A DNA stretch of 64,000 nucleotides from Steroidobacteraceae bacterium (GTDB lineage Bacteria; Pseudomonadota; Gammaproteobacteria; Steroidobacterales; Steroidobacteraceae). Shown one piece after another: positions 20,284 through 29,808 of this stretch. Position 1 is the stretch's first letter. Each line of letters opens with the position of its first letter. The position numbers were made by a program, and so were the translations under genes. The stretch is from assembly GCA_035277965.1 (NCBI GenBank), contig DATEJM010000004.1, forward strand, positions 22,868 through 86,867, read 5' to 3'. Under the pieces are notes generated by a model. That model was not told where the DNA came from. It ran no database searches and saw only the letters and a list, made by a program, of their open reading frames with translations.

Positions 20284-21263
20284 TAGCGTGATCCTGCGCG
20301 AAACGTGGGAGTCGATGGGAAGCTGCGCGCCAGCTTTTCCTGGAACTGCGCCGCTGTGAAGCGATGATTCTGGGTACCGCGGGATTCTATCTTGATCGCG
20401 CCCAGGAGGGAGGCAATCCGACCGGTGGTGGGCCAATCGAGCCCGTGCAGCAAGCCATGCAGCAAGCCCGCCCGGTAGGCATCTCCGCAGCCGGTCGGGT
20501 CGACCACGGCCTCGGGCCGGGCACTGGGGATCCCGATCTCGCCCTCGCGCGTGTGGATGATCGATCCTTCCGCGCCGCGCGTCACGATCAGCGCCTGAAC
20601 GTGCTCCAGGACGTTCGCGGCCGTCCAGCCAGTCTTCTGCTGGACGAGCTGCCATTCGTAGTCGTTCACCGCGACCCAGTCGGCGAGCTCCACGAAGCGC
20701 TTGAGCTCCTCGCCACTGAACATCGGCAAGCCCTGTCCGGGGTCGAAGATGAAAGGAACCCGCGCGGCCGCGAACTGCCGCGCGTGCTGGAGCATCCCAT
20801 CGCGCCCGTCCGGGGCGACGATACCGATCGAGACGTCCCGAGCGTCGCTCACCTCATTGACATGCGCGTGCTGCATGGCGCCGGGGTGAAATGCCCAGAT
20901 CTGGTTGTCATCCAGGTCGGTGGTCACGAAGCCCTGAGCGGTGTGCTCGGACTCGATCACCCGCACGTAGTCCGTGGGGATGTCGTTGTCGCTCATCCAA
21001 TCCCGGTACGGACCGAAATCCCGGCCGACGGTCGCCATCGGATAGGCGGCATCCCCCATGAGGCGCAGGTTGTAGGCAATGTTACCGGCGCAACCGCCAA
21101 ACTCGCGGCGCATCTGCGGCACCAGGAACGACACATTCAGCATGTGGATCCTGTCGGGCAGGATGTGATTGCTGAAGCGATCCTGGAACACCATGATGGT
21201 GTCAAAGGCAAGCGAGCCGCAGATCAGGGCACGGCCGCCGCCGTGATTATGCAAAGGCTTCAT
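20283..21263 (-). CDS. PfkB-family carbohydrate/nucleoside kinase, probable adenosine kinase
   Basis: 326 aa. Reads [18 protein letters not shown]...NVSFLVP...[13 protein letters not shown], with the PfkB signature [12 protein letters not shown]. Co-oriented with, and coupled to, metK. Confidence 0.7.
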   Translation of the reverse strand: MKPLHNHGGGRALICGSLAFDTIMVFQDRFSNHILPDRIHMLNVSFLVPQMRREFGGCAGNIAYNLRLMGDAAYPMATVGRDFGPYRDWMSDNDIPTDYVRVIESEHTAQGFVTTDLDDNQIWAFHPGAMQHAHVNEVSDARDVSIGIVAPDGRDGMLQHARQFAAARVPFIFDPGQGLPMFSGEELKRFVELADWVAVNDYEWQLVQQKTGWTAANVLEHVQALIVTRGAEGSIIHTREGEIGIPSARPEAVVDPTGCGDAYRAGLLHGLLHGLDWPTTGRIASLLGAIKIESRGTQNHRFTAAQFQEKLARSFPSTPTFRAGSR

Positions 21264-21306
21264 CGCAGGGTCTTTTGAAGAGTGGCGCCAGGCCGCGAGC
21301 GCGTAA

Positions 21307-21570
21307 CTATCGCATCCGAGGGCACGGAGAGTCGAGATGCCCCGTATCGATCTGGGATGCTGCCAGCATTCCGACGCCCCGTCGCGCAGGATCGGTCAGC
21401 CCCGCCCCCTGACGCTCGCGATAGTGACGCATCAGTTCGGCGCGCATACGTGGCTCCCAATAGCGCTGCAGATGCCCCATGACGTCGCGCGCTGCCTGCT
21501 CCGGATCGGGCTCGGCCGCGAAGAACGCGCCGATCTCATTCGCCATCTTGACGAGGAGCTCGATGTTCAT
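21307..21570 (-). CDS. fdsD: Formate dehydrogenase delta subunit (FdsD family)
   Basis: 87 aa, MNIELLVKMANEIGAFF...HLQRYWEPRMR. The ATG overlaps the fdhD stop (ATGA). The track ORF is over-extended to 22095. Confidence 0.75.
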   Translation of the reverse strand: MNIELLVKMANEIGAFFAAEPDPEQAARDVMGHLQRYWEPRMRAELMRHYRERQGAGLTDPARRGVGMLAASQIDTGHLDSPCPRMR

Positions 21571-22427
21571 GTCAGCCTGTACGGATGCGCATAGACCACG
21601 TGCTGCTCGCGTCGGGCGAAAGCGACGAGCGTGAGGCCCGTCCGCGCCGCCAGTTGAATCGCAAGCGCCGTGGGTGCGGACAGCGCCGCCAGAAACGCGA
21701 TACCAACGGTCGCACACTTCTGGACCATCTCGAAACTCGCGCGGCTCGTGATCAGCATGTAGCCGGAGCTCAGATCCCGGCGGGCCCGAACGAGCGCGCC
21801 GATGGCCTTGTCCAGGGCGTTGTGTCGACCGACGTCCTCGCGGACGAGTTGGATGCCGCGACCCGGAATCACCCAGGCCGCAGCATGGACACTTCCCGTT
21901 TGAGCGTTGAGCGGCTGTCGGGAGCTCAACTCCTCGATCGCAGCGTGCAGATCGGCAACGGGGACCCTGGCTCCGGGACCGACGGGCACGCAATCGCGCG
22001 CGGCCATCTCTGCGCTCTCTACGCCACACAGACCGCAGCCCGTGCGTCCAGTGAGATTGCGCCGTCGCTTGAGCAGCTCGGAGAAGCGCTCCCACGCGAT
22101 CGTGACACGAACGTTCGCCCCCGCCTGGGTATACGCGGCTTCCACGGAGCGGATCTCGTCCGCGTGTGCGACCAGGCCTTCACTCAAGGTGAAGCCCACC
22201 GCATAGTCCTCGAGATCGGCGGGCGTCGCCAGCATGACCACGTGCGGCACCCCATGGTACACAAAGGCAACCAGCGCTTCCTCGGCCACCTGATCCGTCA
22301 TGGATATCGATTGCCCGCAGCTCCAGCGCTCGACCGGAACTTCAACGCTGCTCCGCTTCTGCGTTGCGGCCGCCTGCTCCTTTTCGGTCGCGGGCATTGA
22401 ACCTTCCGGAAGCACGTCGCGCGTCAC
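21567..22427 (-). CDS. fdhD: Formate dehydrogenase accessory sulfurtransferase FdhD
   Basis: 286 aa. Reads RTGCGLCGVES...VGRHNALDK. Confidence 0.85.
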   Translation of the reverse strand: MTRDVLPEGSMPATEKEQAAATQKRSSVEVPVERWSCGQSISMTDQVAEEALVAFVYHGVPHVVMLATPADLEDYAVGFTLSEGLVAHADEIRSVEAAYTQAGANVRVTIAWERFSELLKRRRNLTGRTGCGLCGVESAEMAARDCVPVGPGARVPVADLHAAIEELSSRQPLNAQTGSVHAAAWVIPGRGIQLVREDVGRHNALDKAIGALVRARRDLSSGYMLITSRASFEMVQKCATVGIAFLAALSAPTALAIQLAARTGLTLVAFARREQHVVYAHPYRLT

Positions 22428-25288
22428 GCTGGCGTCGCATCCCGCGGGCGCTTACGCATCGGCCGCAGCGCACGCTCCTCCGCCGCTCGCCTTTGCCACG
22501 CATCACGCTGGTTCACGAGGACAACTTCGACCGCGGTGACCTTGTACTCCGGGCAGTTCGTCGCCCAATCGGAATTCTCGGTCGTCACGACGTTCGCGTT
22601 CGTCTCCGGGAAATGGAAGGTCGTGTACACGACCCCGGGGGCGATCTTTTCGGTCACCTGCGCACGCAGCACTGTTTCACCCGCGCGGCTCGTCAGGCCA
22701 ACCCAGTCGCCGTCTTCGATACCTCTGACATCGGCGTCGTGAGGATGTATCTCCAGCACGTCCTCGGCATGCCACACGACATTTTGAGTGCGGCGCGTCT
22801 GCGCGCCGACGTTGTACTGAGTCAGCACGCGTCCCGTCGTGAGGATCAGGGGGAAGCGGCTGGTGGTGCGCTCGCTGGTTGGCACATACTCCGTCGGGTA
22901 GAACTTGCCCTTCCCGCGAACAAACTGATGCACGTGCATCGTCGTCGTCCCTTCCGGAGCGGTATCGTTGCAGGGCCACTGAATGCTTCCGAGGCGATCC
23001 AGCTTCTCGTAGGTCACGCCGGCGAACGTCGGCGTCAGCCGCGCGATCTCGTCCATGATCTGTGCGGGATGGCCATAGCTCATCGGATATCCCAGGGCAT
23101 TCGACAGCAGCTGCGTCACCTCCCAGTCCGCGTAGCCCGCCCGGGGCTCCATGATCTTGCGGACCCGCGAGATTCGCCGCTCGGCGTTGGTGAAGGTGCC
23201 ATCCTTCTCGAGGAAGGACGAGCCCGGCAGGAACACGTGTGCGAATCTCGCCGTCTCATTGAGAAACAGATCCTGGACGATCACGCACTCGAGCGCCTCC
23301 ATCGCGCGACTCACGTGATGGGTGTTCGGGTCGGACTGCACGAAGTCCTCTCCTTGCACGTACATGCCGCGGAAGCTGCCATCGAGAGCGGCCTCGAACA
23401 TGTTGGGAATGCGCAGGCCCGGCTCGTCGAGCAGGCTCACCCCCCAGGCCGACTCGAAGAGCCCGCGCGCGGCCGGATCGGACACGTGCCGGTAGCCGCT
23501 CAGCTCGTGCGGGAATGATCCCATGTCGCAGGACCCCTGCACGTTGTTCTGTCCCCGCAGGGGATTCACGCCGACGCCTTCGCGCCCGAGATGACCGGTG
23601 GCCATCGCGAGATTCGCGATGGCCATGACTGCGGTCGTGCCCTGGCTGTGCTCGGTCACCCCCAGACCGTAGTAGATCGCGCTGTTTCCGCCGGTTGCGT
23701 ACAGCCGCGCGGCGCGCCGTACGAGATCCGCCGGGACGCCCGTGATCGCCTCCGTTGCTTGCGGAGAATTGCGCGGCTGCGCCACGAACCGCTTCCAGGT
23801 TTCATAGGCTGCCTGCTCACAGCGTTCAGCTACGTAAGCCTCCTGAGTCAACCCTTCGGTGACCACGACGTGAGCCAGAGCGTTCAATACGGCGACGTTG
23901 GTCCCTGGGGTGAGCTGCAGATGCGCATCTGCCTGCACGTGCGGTGTGCGCACCAGTGCCGTGACACGCGGATCGATGACGATCAATTTCGCTCCCTGCC
24001 GCAGGCGCTGCTTGAGCTTCGAAGCAAAGACGGGATGCCCGTCGGTCGGATTCGCGCCGATGATCATGATGACGTCCGCCTTCATCACGGACGTGAAAGC
24101 CTGAGTGCCGGCCGACTCTCCCAGGGTGTGCTTGAGTCCGTAGCCGGTTGGCGAGTGGCAGACCCGGGCGCACGTGTCGACGTTGTTGTTCCCGAAGGCC
24201 GCCCGGACGAGCTTCTGAACGAGAAAAGTCTCCTCGTTCGTGCATCGTGAGGAAGTGATTCCGCCGACCGAATCGCGGCCATAGCGCGCCTGAATCCGCC
24301 GGATCTCGCGGGCCGCGTGTCCGATCGCCTCCTCCCAGGAAACTGCACGCCAGTCGTCGGTGATTCGCGCGCGGATCAGTGGCGTGAGCACGCGATCCGC
24401 GTGCGTCGCATACCCGAATGCAAACCGTCCCTTGACGCACGCGTGCCCTTGGTTCGCATGACCGCTGCGGGCAGGCACCATCCTGACGACCTCGGTTTCG
24501 GGGCCCGCGCCGGTTACCTCAGCCGTGAAACTACACCCCACTCCGCAGTACGCGCAGGTTGTCGTGACGGCCCTCTCGGGCTGTCCCAGACCGATCACCG
24601 ACTTCTCCGCCAGGGCCGCTGTCGGACACGCCTCCACGCACGCTCCGCAGGAGACACATTCGGAATCGAGAAACGGCTGGCCCTCGCTGGCCACGATCCG
24701 GGATGCGAAGCCGCGTCCTTCCACGGTAAGAGCGAACGTCCCCTGAACCTCATCGCAGGCTCGCACGCACCGCGAACACGCGATGCAGAGCTCCGGGTCA
24801 AAGGTGAAATACGGATTGCTCTCATCCTTCGCGAGCGGCCGGTGCCCCGCGCCCTGCAAGCCGTATGGGCTGGAAGTGACCTGCAGCGCCGCGGCGACGT
24901 CCTGCAGCTCGCAATGGCCGTTTGCCGGGCACGCCGCACAATCGAGCGGGTGATCGGAGACGTACAGATCCAACACTCCGCGCCGCAGTTGCGTCAGCTT
25001 CTCGGATTGCGTGCGAATCCTCATTCCGGCCGCGACGGCGGTCGTGCACGATGCCGGATAGCCGCGGCGACCCTCGATCTCGACGAGACACAGCCGGCAC
25101 GAGCCAAACGCCTTCAGCGTATCCGTCGCGCACAGTTTGGGGACCTTTACGCCGGCGAGCGCCGCGGCACGCATCACGGACGTACCTTCGGGCACGCTGA
25201 TCGTCACTCCGTCCACCTCGACGGCGATGAGATCGGAGGCCGATACCGCCGCCGGTGTGCCGAGGTCCTCGTGGTCAATCGCAAACAT
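22424..25288 (-). CDS. fdsA: NAD-dependent formate dehydrogenase alpha subunit (2Fe-2S and 4Fe-4S N-terminus, molybdopterin domain, Cys-type active site)
   Basis: 954 aa. N-terminus CRLCLVEIEG, ferredoxin CIACSRCVRAC/CVSCGACVEACP, and the MopB part with TCARVCHSPT (Cys, no in-frame TGA). Confidence 0.9.
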   Translation of the reverse strand: MFAIDHEDLGTPAAVSASDLIAVEVDGVTISVPEGTSVMRAAALAGVKVPKLCATDTLKAFGSCRLCLVEIEGRRGYPASCTTAVAAGMRIRTQSEKLTQLRRGVLDLYVSDHPLDCAACPANGHCELQDVAAALQVTSSPYGLQGAGHRPLAKDESNPYFTFDPELCIACSRCVRACDEVQGTFALTVEGRGFASRIVASEGQPFLDSECVSCGACVEACPTAALAEKSVIGLGQPERAVTTTCAYCGVGCSFTAEVTGAGPETEVVRMVPARSGHANQGHACVKGRFAFGYATHADRVLTPLIRARITDDWRAVSWEEAIGHAAREIRRIQARYGRDSVGGITSSRCTNEETFLVQKLVRAAFGNNNVDTCARVCHSPTGYGLKHTLGESAGTQAFTSVMKADVIMIIGANPTDGHPVFASKLKQRLRQGAKLIVIDPRVTALVRTPHVQADAHLQLTPGTNVAVLNALAHVVVTEGLTQEAYVAERCEQAAYETWKRFVAQPRNSPQATEAITGVPADLVRRAARLYATGGNSAIYYGLGVTEHSQGTTAVMAIANLAMATGHLGREGVGVNPLRGQNNVQGSCDMGSFPHELSGYRHVSDPAARGLFESAWGVSLLDEPGLRIPNMFEAALDGSFRGMYVQGEDFVQSDPNTHHVSRAMEALECVIVQDLFLNETARFAHVFLPGSSFLEKDGTFTNAERRISRVRKIMEPRAGYADWEVTQLLSNALGYPMSYGHPAQIMDEIARLTPTFAGVTYEKLDRLGSIQWPCNDTAPEGTTTMHVHQFVRGKGKFYPTEYVPTSERTTSRFPLILTTGRVLTQYNVGAQTRRTQNVVWHAEDVLEIHPHDADVRGIEDGDWVGLTSRAGETVLRAQVTEKIAPGVVYTTFHFPETNANVVTTENSDWATNCPEYKVTAVEVVLVNQRDAWQRRAAEERALRPMRKRPRDATPA

Positions 25289-25333
25289 GGTCTGTCTCCT
25301 GAAGGTGAGCGCGCGGCAGCTGCCGCGACCGCC

Positions 25334-26878
25334 TCATTGCCGTGCTCCGATGCGGAAATCTTCGCGAAAATGCTTGAGCACGCTCTGCACGGGGAAAGGA
25401 GTCATCCCTCCGAGCCCGCACAGTGAGCCATATAGCATGGTTTCGCAAAGCTCCTCGAGCAGCCGCAGGTTACGCTCGCTCTCCACACCGCTCAGGATGC
25501 GATCGATGACCTCCACGCCGCGGGTCGAGCCTATGCGGCAGGGCGTGCATTTCCCGCAGGACTCGAGCGCGCAGAATTCCATCGCATAGCGTGCCATCCG
25601 CGCCATGTCGACCGTGTCATCGAATACAACCAGGCCGCCGTGGCCGAGCAACGCACCGATTCCCGACAGCGCCTCGTAGTCGATCCGGGTGTCGAACTGG
25701 GCCGGCGGCACGTAAGCCCCGAGCGGGCCGCCGATCTGCACCGCCCGGATCGGCCTTCCGGAGGCCGTACCGCCCCCGTAATCGTGCAGCAGCTCGCGCA
25801 GACTGACGCCGAAGGCGCATTCGATGAGTCCGCCCCGCTTCACATTCCCCGCCAGCTGCAGAGGCAGCGTGCCGCGCGACTGACCGACTCCGAATTCCCG
25901 GTAGAAAGTGGCACCGTGCCGCAGGATGGCCGGAACGGTTGCGAGAGTGATCACATTGTTGACGATCGTCGGCCGCCCGAACAGCCCCTTGATCGCCGGC
26001 AGCGGCGGCCGCACCCGGACCTCGCCGCGCTTGCCCTCGAGACTCTCCAACATCGAGGTTTCTTCGCCGCAGATGTACGCTCCGGCTCCGAGTCGAACCT
26101 CCAGATCGAACCGGCGGCCGCTGCCGAGGATGTCGGCACCCAGATAACGGGCGCGGTAGCAAGCCTCGATCGCCGCCTTCAGGGCGCGGTGCGCGTGCGG
26201 ATACTCGACTCGCAGATAGATGTAGCCCTGCGAGGCGCCCGCGGCGATCCCGGCGATCGTCATGCCTTCGATGAGCGACAGCGGATCGCCTTCCATCAAC
26301 ATCCGATCGGAAAATGTGCCCGAATCGCCTTCGTCCGCGTTGCATGCGACATACTTCAGCCCGTCCGCCTGCTCGAGCACGGTCTTCCACTTGACGCCCG
26401 TGGGGAATGCCGCGCCGCCACGCCCGCGCAACCCTGAATCCACCACCGTTTGGACAATCGATTCCGGGCTCATCGAGAGGGCACGGCGCAGGCCCTCGAA
26501 GCCTCCATGCTCCCGATAGTCCTCGATGCTCAAAGGATCGATCACCCCGACGCGCGCGAACGTCAGACGCTGCTGACTGGCCAGCCACTCGATGGACTCC
26601 GTCCGCCCATGCCCGAGGGGATGAGCGCCGCCGTGCAGGAAGTCCCCGGTAAAGAGACTCGGTACGTCGGCGGCGCCGACGGGACCGTACGCAACGCGCC
26701 CTTGCGCCGTCGCCACCTCCACCATGGGCTCGAGCCAGTACATCCCTCGCGAGCCGTTGCGCACCAACTTCACATCCAACCGTCGGGAACGCGCTTCGCG
26801 CGCAATCGCATCAGCGACCTCTGCAGCGCCAAGCGACAGAGCTCCCGCATCGCCCGGCACATACACCGTGACGGTCAT
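25334..26878 (-). CDS. fdsB: Formate dehydrogenase beta subunit (NuoF-like NAD/FMN/4Fe-4S)
   Basis: 514 aa. Contains GRGGAAFPTG, ADEGDSGTF and ESCGKCTPCR. Confidence 0.9.
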   Translation of the reverse strand: MTVTVYVPGDAGALSLGAAEVADAIAREARSRRLDVKLVRNGSRGMYWLEPMVEVATAQGRVAYGPVGAADVPSLFTGDFLHGGAHPLGHGRTESIEWLASQQRLTFARVGVIDPLSIEDYREHGGFEGLRRALSMSPESIVQTVVDSGLRGRGGAAFPTGVKWKTVLEQADGLKYVACNADEGDSGTFSDRMLMEGDPLSLIEGMTIAGIAAGASQGYIYLRVEYPHAHRALKAAIEACYRARYLGADILGSGRRFDLEVRLGAGAYICGEETSMLESLEGKRGEVRVRPPLPAIKGLFGRPTIVNNVITLATVPAILRHGATFYREFGVGQSRGTLPLQLAGNVKRGGLIECAFGVSLRELLHDYGGGTASGRPIRAVQIGGPLGAYVPPAQFDTRIDYEALSGIGALLGHGGLVVFDDTVDMARMARYAMEFCALESCGKCTPCRIGSTRGVEVIDRILSGVESERNLRLLEELCETMLYGSLCGLGGMTPFPVQSVLKHFREDFRIGARQ

Positions 26879-27384
26879 CGGGGCACTCCGCTGTCACCGG
26901 CGGCCTCAGGGGCGAGTCCACGTTCAACCAGCAGCGTATCCAACTTTTCAGGGGTGACTCGTCCGTACAGGAGGCCATCGATCATCGCCGCCGGGGAGCA
27001 CGCGCAGTTGCCCAGACAGTAGACCGGCTCGAGGGAGAATCCCCTGTCGGGCGTCGTCTCGTGAAAACCGACTCCCAGCCGCCGTTGAGCGTGTGCAGCG
27101 AGCGCTTCGGCGCCCATCGCCTGACAGGCCTCTGCCCGGCACAGGCCCACGGTGTGCCTGCCCGGCGGCTGCGAGCGGAAGTGGTGATAGAAGGTCACGA
27201 CGCCGTGAACTTCGGCCCGCGACAGATTCAAGCCCTCGGCGATCAGGGCCACCGCTCCCGCCGGGATACAACCCAGAGAATTCTGAACTGCGTGCAGCAC
27301 CTCGAGGAGGGGCCCCGGCTGCCCTATGAATTGCGCCACGATATGACGCACTGTCTCGCGGTGCTCTGGAGAAATAGTTCCCAT
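26875..27384 (-). CDS. fdsG: Formate dehydrogenase gamma subunit (NuoE-like 2Fe-2S)
   Basis: 169 aa. Reads CRAEACQAMG...CLGNCACSPA. 4-nt overlap with fdsB. Confidence 0.85.
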   Translation of the reverse strand: MGTISPEHRETVRHIVAQFIGQPGPLLEVLHAVQNSLGCIPAGAVALIAEGLNLSRAEVHGVVTFYHHFRSQPPGRHTVGLCRAEACQAMGAEALAAHAQRRLGVGFHETTPDRGFSLEPVYCLGNCACSPAAMIDGLLYGRVTPEKLDTLLVERGLAPEAAGDSGVPR

Positions 27385-27568
27385 GGCTCGCTCACTCTCT
27401 AATTACCACGGATCAGGACCTCGCAAGGGACAAAAAGACGGCCAACCGCATGGGGCTTGCCGTGCTCGCGGCCATCGCGTCATGAACCGCGTGCTGGCAT
27501 GATGCCGCGAATTCTACACGGGGAGCCGTCCTGGCTCGGCATCTCCGCTCAGGCCTCGAGAGGCGAAG

Positions 27569-28309
27569 TTGGTTCAAGCAAGATGTGGCCATCGCTCCCG
27601 CGTCGCCGGGAGCCTGATCTGGATCGTGCTCGCCGCTGCCGTCTGCGGCAAGAGCGCGCGCGCCGCTTCGGTCGGCGGCGACGTGACCCTGGCCAGCACC
27701 TATATCTTCCGAGGATTGTCGCTCAGCGACGACTGGCCCGCAGGCCAGCTCGATCTGCATGTCTCGACCGGCACGGGCACGTTCGTGGGTGCTTTTGCCT
27801 CGACGCTGCACAATCGGCACGGCGGCACGCCCCTGGAGCTCCAGGCCTACCTCGGTCAGCGTTTCAATCTGTCCCCCACCTGGAGCGTCACGTTCACGGG
27901 CGTCCACTACGCCTACTTGAATGATGGCCAGGCGCATTCCGATGACTATCAGGAGCTGTCCGCGGCGGTCTCGTACCTGGATCGTTTCACTCTGTCGGTC
28001 GGAGGCACCCCGAACATCGTGCGCTACTGGATGGGGTACCGGCTGGGCCGCTATGCCGCTTATGTCACGGACGCGACCGCGCAAGTTCCCCTCTGGGGCC
28101 CCGTGCTGGTCACTGCCGGCATCGGCTATTACTCCCTGAGCGGCCCGGCGGGCATGGGGTACCTCTATGGAAACAGCGGCTTAGCGTACGAGCGCGGCCG
28201 CTTTCGCGTGGATGCCGGGTATTTTTTCACGGACAGCCACGCAGAGCGGCTGTATCCCTACGGCCTCGCCCGCAACCGCTTCGCGGCCAGCCTGAGCTGG
28301 CATTTTTAG
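27569..28309 (+). CDS. TorF-family (Gcw_chp) outer-membrane beta-barrel protein
   Basis: Signal peptide ...AVCGKSARAA, then GGDVTLASTYIFRGLSLSDDWPAGQLDL, the hallmark of the TorF putative porin family. Terminal aromatic ...SLSWHF. TTG start. Confidence 0.65.
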   Translation: MVQARCGHRSRVAGSLIWIVLAAAVCGKSARAASVGGDVTLASTYIFRGLSLSDDWPAGQLDLHVSTGTGTFVGAFASTLHNRHGGTPLELQAYLGQRFNLSPTWSVTFTGVHYAYLNDGQAHSDDYQELSAAVSYLDRFTLSVGGTPNIVRYWMGYRLGRYAAYVTDATAQVPLWGPVLVTAGIGYYSLSGPAGMGYLYGNSGLAYERGRFRVDAGYFFTDSHAERLYPYGLARNRFAASLSWHF

Positions 28310-28329
28310 CGCAGAATTTTTAGCGCAGA
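28302..28329 (+). repeat. Perfect 14-bp tandem duplication (ATTTTTAGCGCAGA x2) spanning the porin stop codon
   Basis: Read directly: gc ATTTTTAGCGCAGA ATTTTTAGCGCAGA ct. Confidence 0.9.
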
Positions 28330-28381
28330 CTAGTGAACCCGGGTCGCTTCCGCGGGCACCTACCGCAGGAGGAAGCGTGGC

Positions 28382-29044
28382 TTGAGAGGTTCCCATCACA
28401 ACGAGACGCGTGGCACGCCCGTGAGCGGCGATCCCGGCTATCGGACGGGCTCGTCGGCGGCGCGCGAGACGGAGCTCATCGCCAAGATCGCTGCCGGAGA
28501 CCGGCGGGCGTTCGAGGAGCTTTACAACCTCTACCACCGGCGCCTCGCTCGATTCCTCACACGTTTGACGAGGCGCTACGATATAGCCGAAGAGGTCATC
28601 AACGACACCTTCTGGATCGTCTGGCGCAAGGCCGGCGATTTTCGCGGGGACTCCCAACCCTCCACCTGGATATTGGGAATCGCCTACCGAAAAGCGAGAA
28701 ACGCGTTCCGAACGGCTGCGCGGACCGTCCCCGGCGAGAACCTGGACGCTTCGCTCGCGCCACTTACGAGCGACGACACGGCGCACGCCGCAGAGTTGCG
28801 CGACTGGCTGGTGCAGGCCCTGGGCCATTTGCCGGTGGAGCAACGCCTGGCCGTCGAGTTGTGCTACGAGCTTGGTCATTCATGCGAGGAGATTGCGACC
28901 ATCATGGGCTGCCCCGTCAACACGGTGAAGACGCGCCTGTTTCACGCGCGCGCGAAGCTGCAGAAGCTGCTGCCCGCCTTGGGCGGAGGCGACGGACCAG
29001 CGCCGCTCGCCCACTCCACCGACCGCTCCCGAGGCCCGAAATGA
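28382..29044 (+). CDS. ECF (sigma-70 family) RNA polymerase sigma factor
   Basis: Region 2 is IAEEVINDTFWIVWRKAGDFRGDSQPSTWILGIAYRKA. Region 4 is LPVEQRLAVELCYELGHSCEEIATIMGCPVNTVKTRLFHARAKL. AGGAGG lies 10 nt before TTG 28382; the exact start is uncertain. Confidence 0.85.
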   Translation: MRGSHHNETRGTPVSGDPGYRTGSSAARETELIAKIAAGDRRAFEELYNLYHRRLARFLTRLTRRYDIAEEVINDTFWIVWRKAGDFRGDSQPSTWILGIAYRKARNAFRTAARTVPGENLDASLAPLTSDDTAHAAELRDWLVQALGHLPVEQRLAVELCYELGHSCEEIATIMGCPVNTVKTRLFHARAKLQKLLPALGGGDGPAPLAHSTDRSRGPK

Positions 29045-29808
29045 GCATCGCCGAGCGAGACACGACCCACGAGGAGACCTGGCAGATGCTGCCCTGGGTC
29101 GCCAATGGTCGCATTTCGAGCGCCGAGCGCGAACGGTTGGAAGCTCATGTGCGTGAATGCCCCGTGTGCACGATGGAGCTCGCTTTGCAGCGGCGCCTGT
29201 GCGAGGCGCTCGCGGAACCGGATCGTGTGACCTACGCGCCTGGGCCCTCTTTCCGTAAGTTGCTAGAGAAAATCGACGCCGACGGGGACTCGCACACCGA
29301 TACGGCAGTTGCTCAGGATGAGTCGCAGATGCCTGCCAACAGCGCGCTGGCCGGGAGCCGCCTCGCCGGAAGCCGCCTCGCCGGGAGCCGTCCGGGTCTG
29401 TGGCGCCCGCCGGGGCTGGCTTGGGCTGCGAGCTTCCTGTTGGTGCTGACTGTCGGAGTGCTGTCGACCGCGTATCGCTGGTCGGAGCCGCTATACCGCA
29501 CTCATACGGACGCCAGCGCCGCGACACCGGCCGTGTTGCACGTTGCGTTCGACAGATCGATCACGCTTGGCGCGATTGAAGAGATGTTAGGAGCGAACGG
29601 CGCGCGCGTCGTCGAGGGCCCGGGTAACACGGGGATCTTCGGCGTGACATCCGCGGGCATCGTGGCTGGCCAGACTTCGGCCGCGGATGCGAAGCGCCAG
29701 ATCCGGCTGCTCTCGACCCGTCTGCGCGGCGATTCCCGCGTGCGCTGGGTAGAGCCGGTCGCAGACGATGCCGCACCGGAGCCAGCGCACGCCGACAAGG
29801 GGCCGTGA
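29041..29808 (+). CDS. Anti-sigma factor: zf-HC2 domain, one TM helix, periplasmic I9-propeptide-like domain
   Basis: ATGA overlap with the sigma gene. HVRECPVCTMEL matches H-x3-C-x2-C and the TM helix is GLAWAASFLLVLTVGVLSTAY. The C-domain ends ...LSTRLRGDSRVRWVEPV. Confidence 0.8.
   Translation: MSIAERDTTHEETWQMLPWVANGRISSAERERLEAHVRECPVCTMELALQRRLCEALAEPDRVTYAPGPSFRKLLEKIDADGDSHTDTAVAQDESQMPANSALAGSRLAGSRLAGSRPGLWRPPGLAWAASFLLVLTVGVLSTAYRWSEPLYRTHTDASAATPAVLHVAFDRSITLGAIEEMLGANGARVVEGPGNTGIFGVTSAGIVAGQTSAADAKRQIRLLSTRLRGDSRVRWVEPVADDAAPEPAHADKGP
29347..29391 (+). repeat. 15-bp x3 in-frame tandem repeat encoding LAGSR-LAGSR-LAGSR
   Basis: Units are ctggccgggagccgc / ctcgccggaagccgc / ctcgccgggagccgt. 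They lie in the cytoplasmic linker just before the anti-sigma TM helix. Confidence 0.9.

Noticed and set aside
22424-25288. Checked the FDH alpha subunit for a selenocysteine UGA and SECIS element.
   Set aside because: The reading frame is uninterrupted and the active-site position is Cys (CARVCHSPT). There is no Sec.
27494-27508. Sigma-54-like TGGCAT-N4-CCGC upstream of the TorF-like gene.
   Set aside because: The -12 element deviates from TTGC, and no enhancer-binding protein gene is nearby. Too weak to call.
28335-28362. Possible autoregulated ECF promoter (GAACC-N16-GCACCT) before the second sigma gene.
   Set aside because: The -35-like GAACC is present, but no GTC/CGTC-type -10 sits at the right spacing. 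It is mentioned only inside a finding and not annotated.
28333-29040. The first half of the 491-aa ORF 28333-29808 overlaps the ECF sigma gene in another frame.
   Set aside because: Only the part from ATG 29041 (ATGA-coupled, zf-HC2 motif) looks like a real protein. The upstream part is a frame artefact over the sigma gene.
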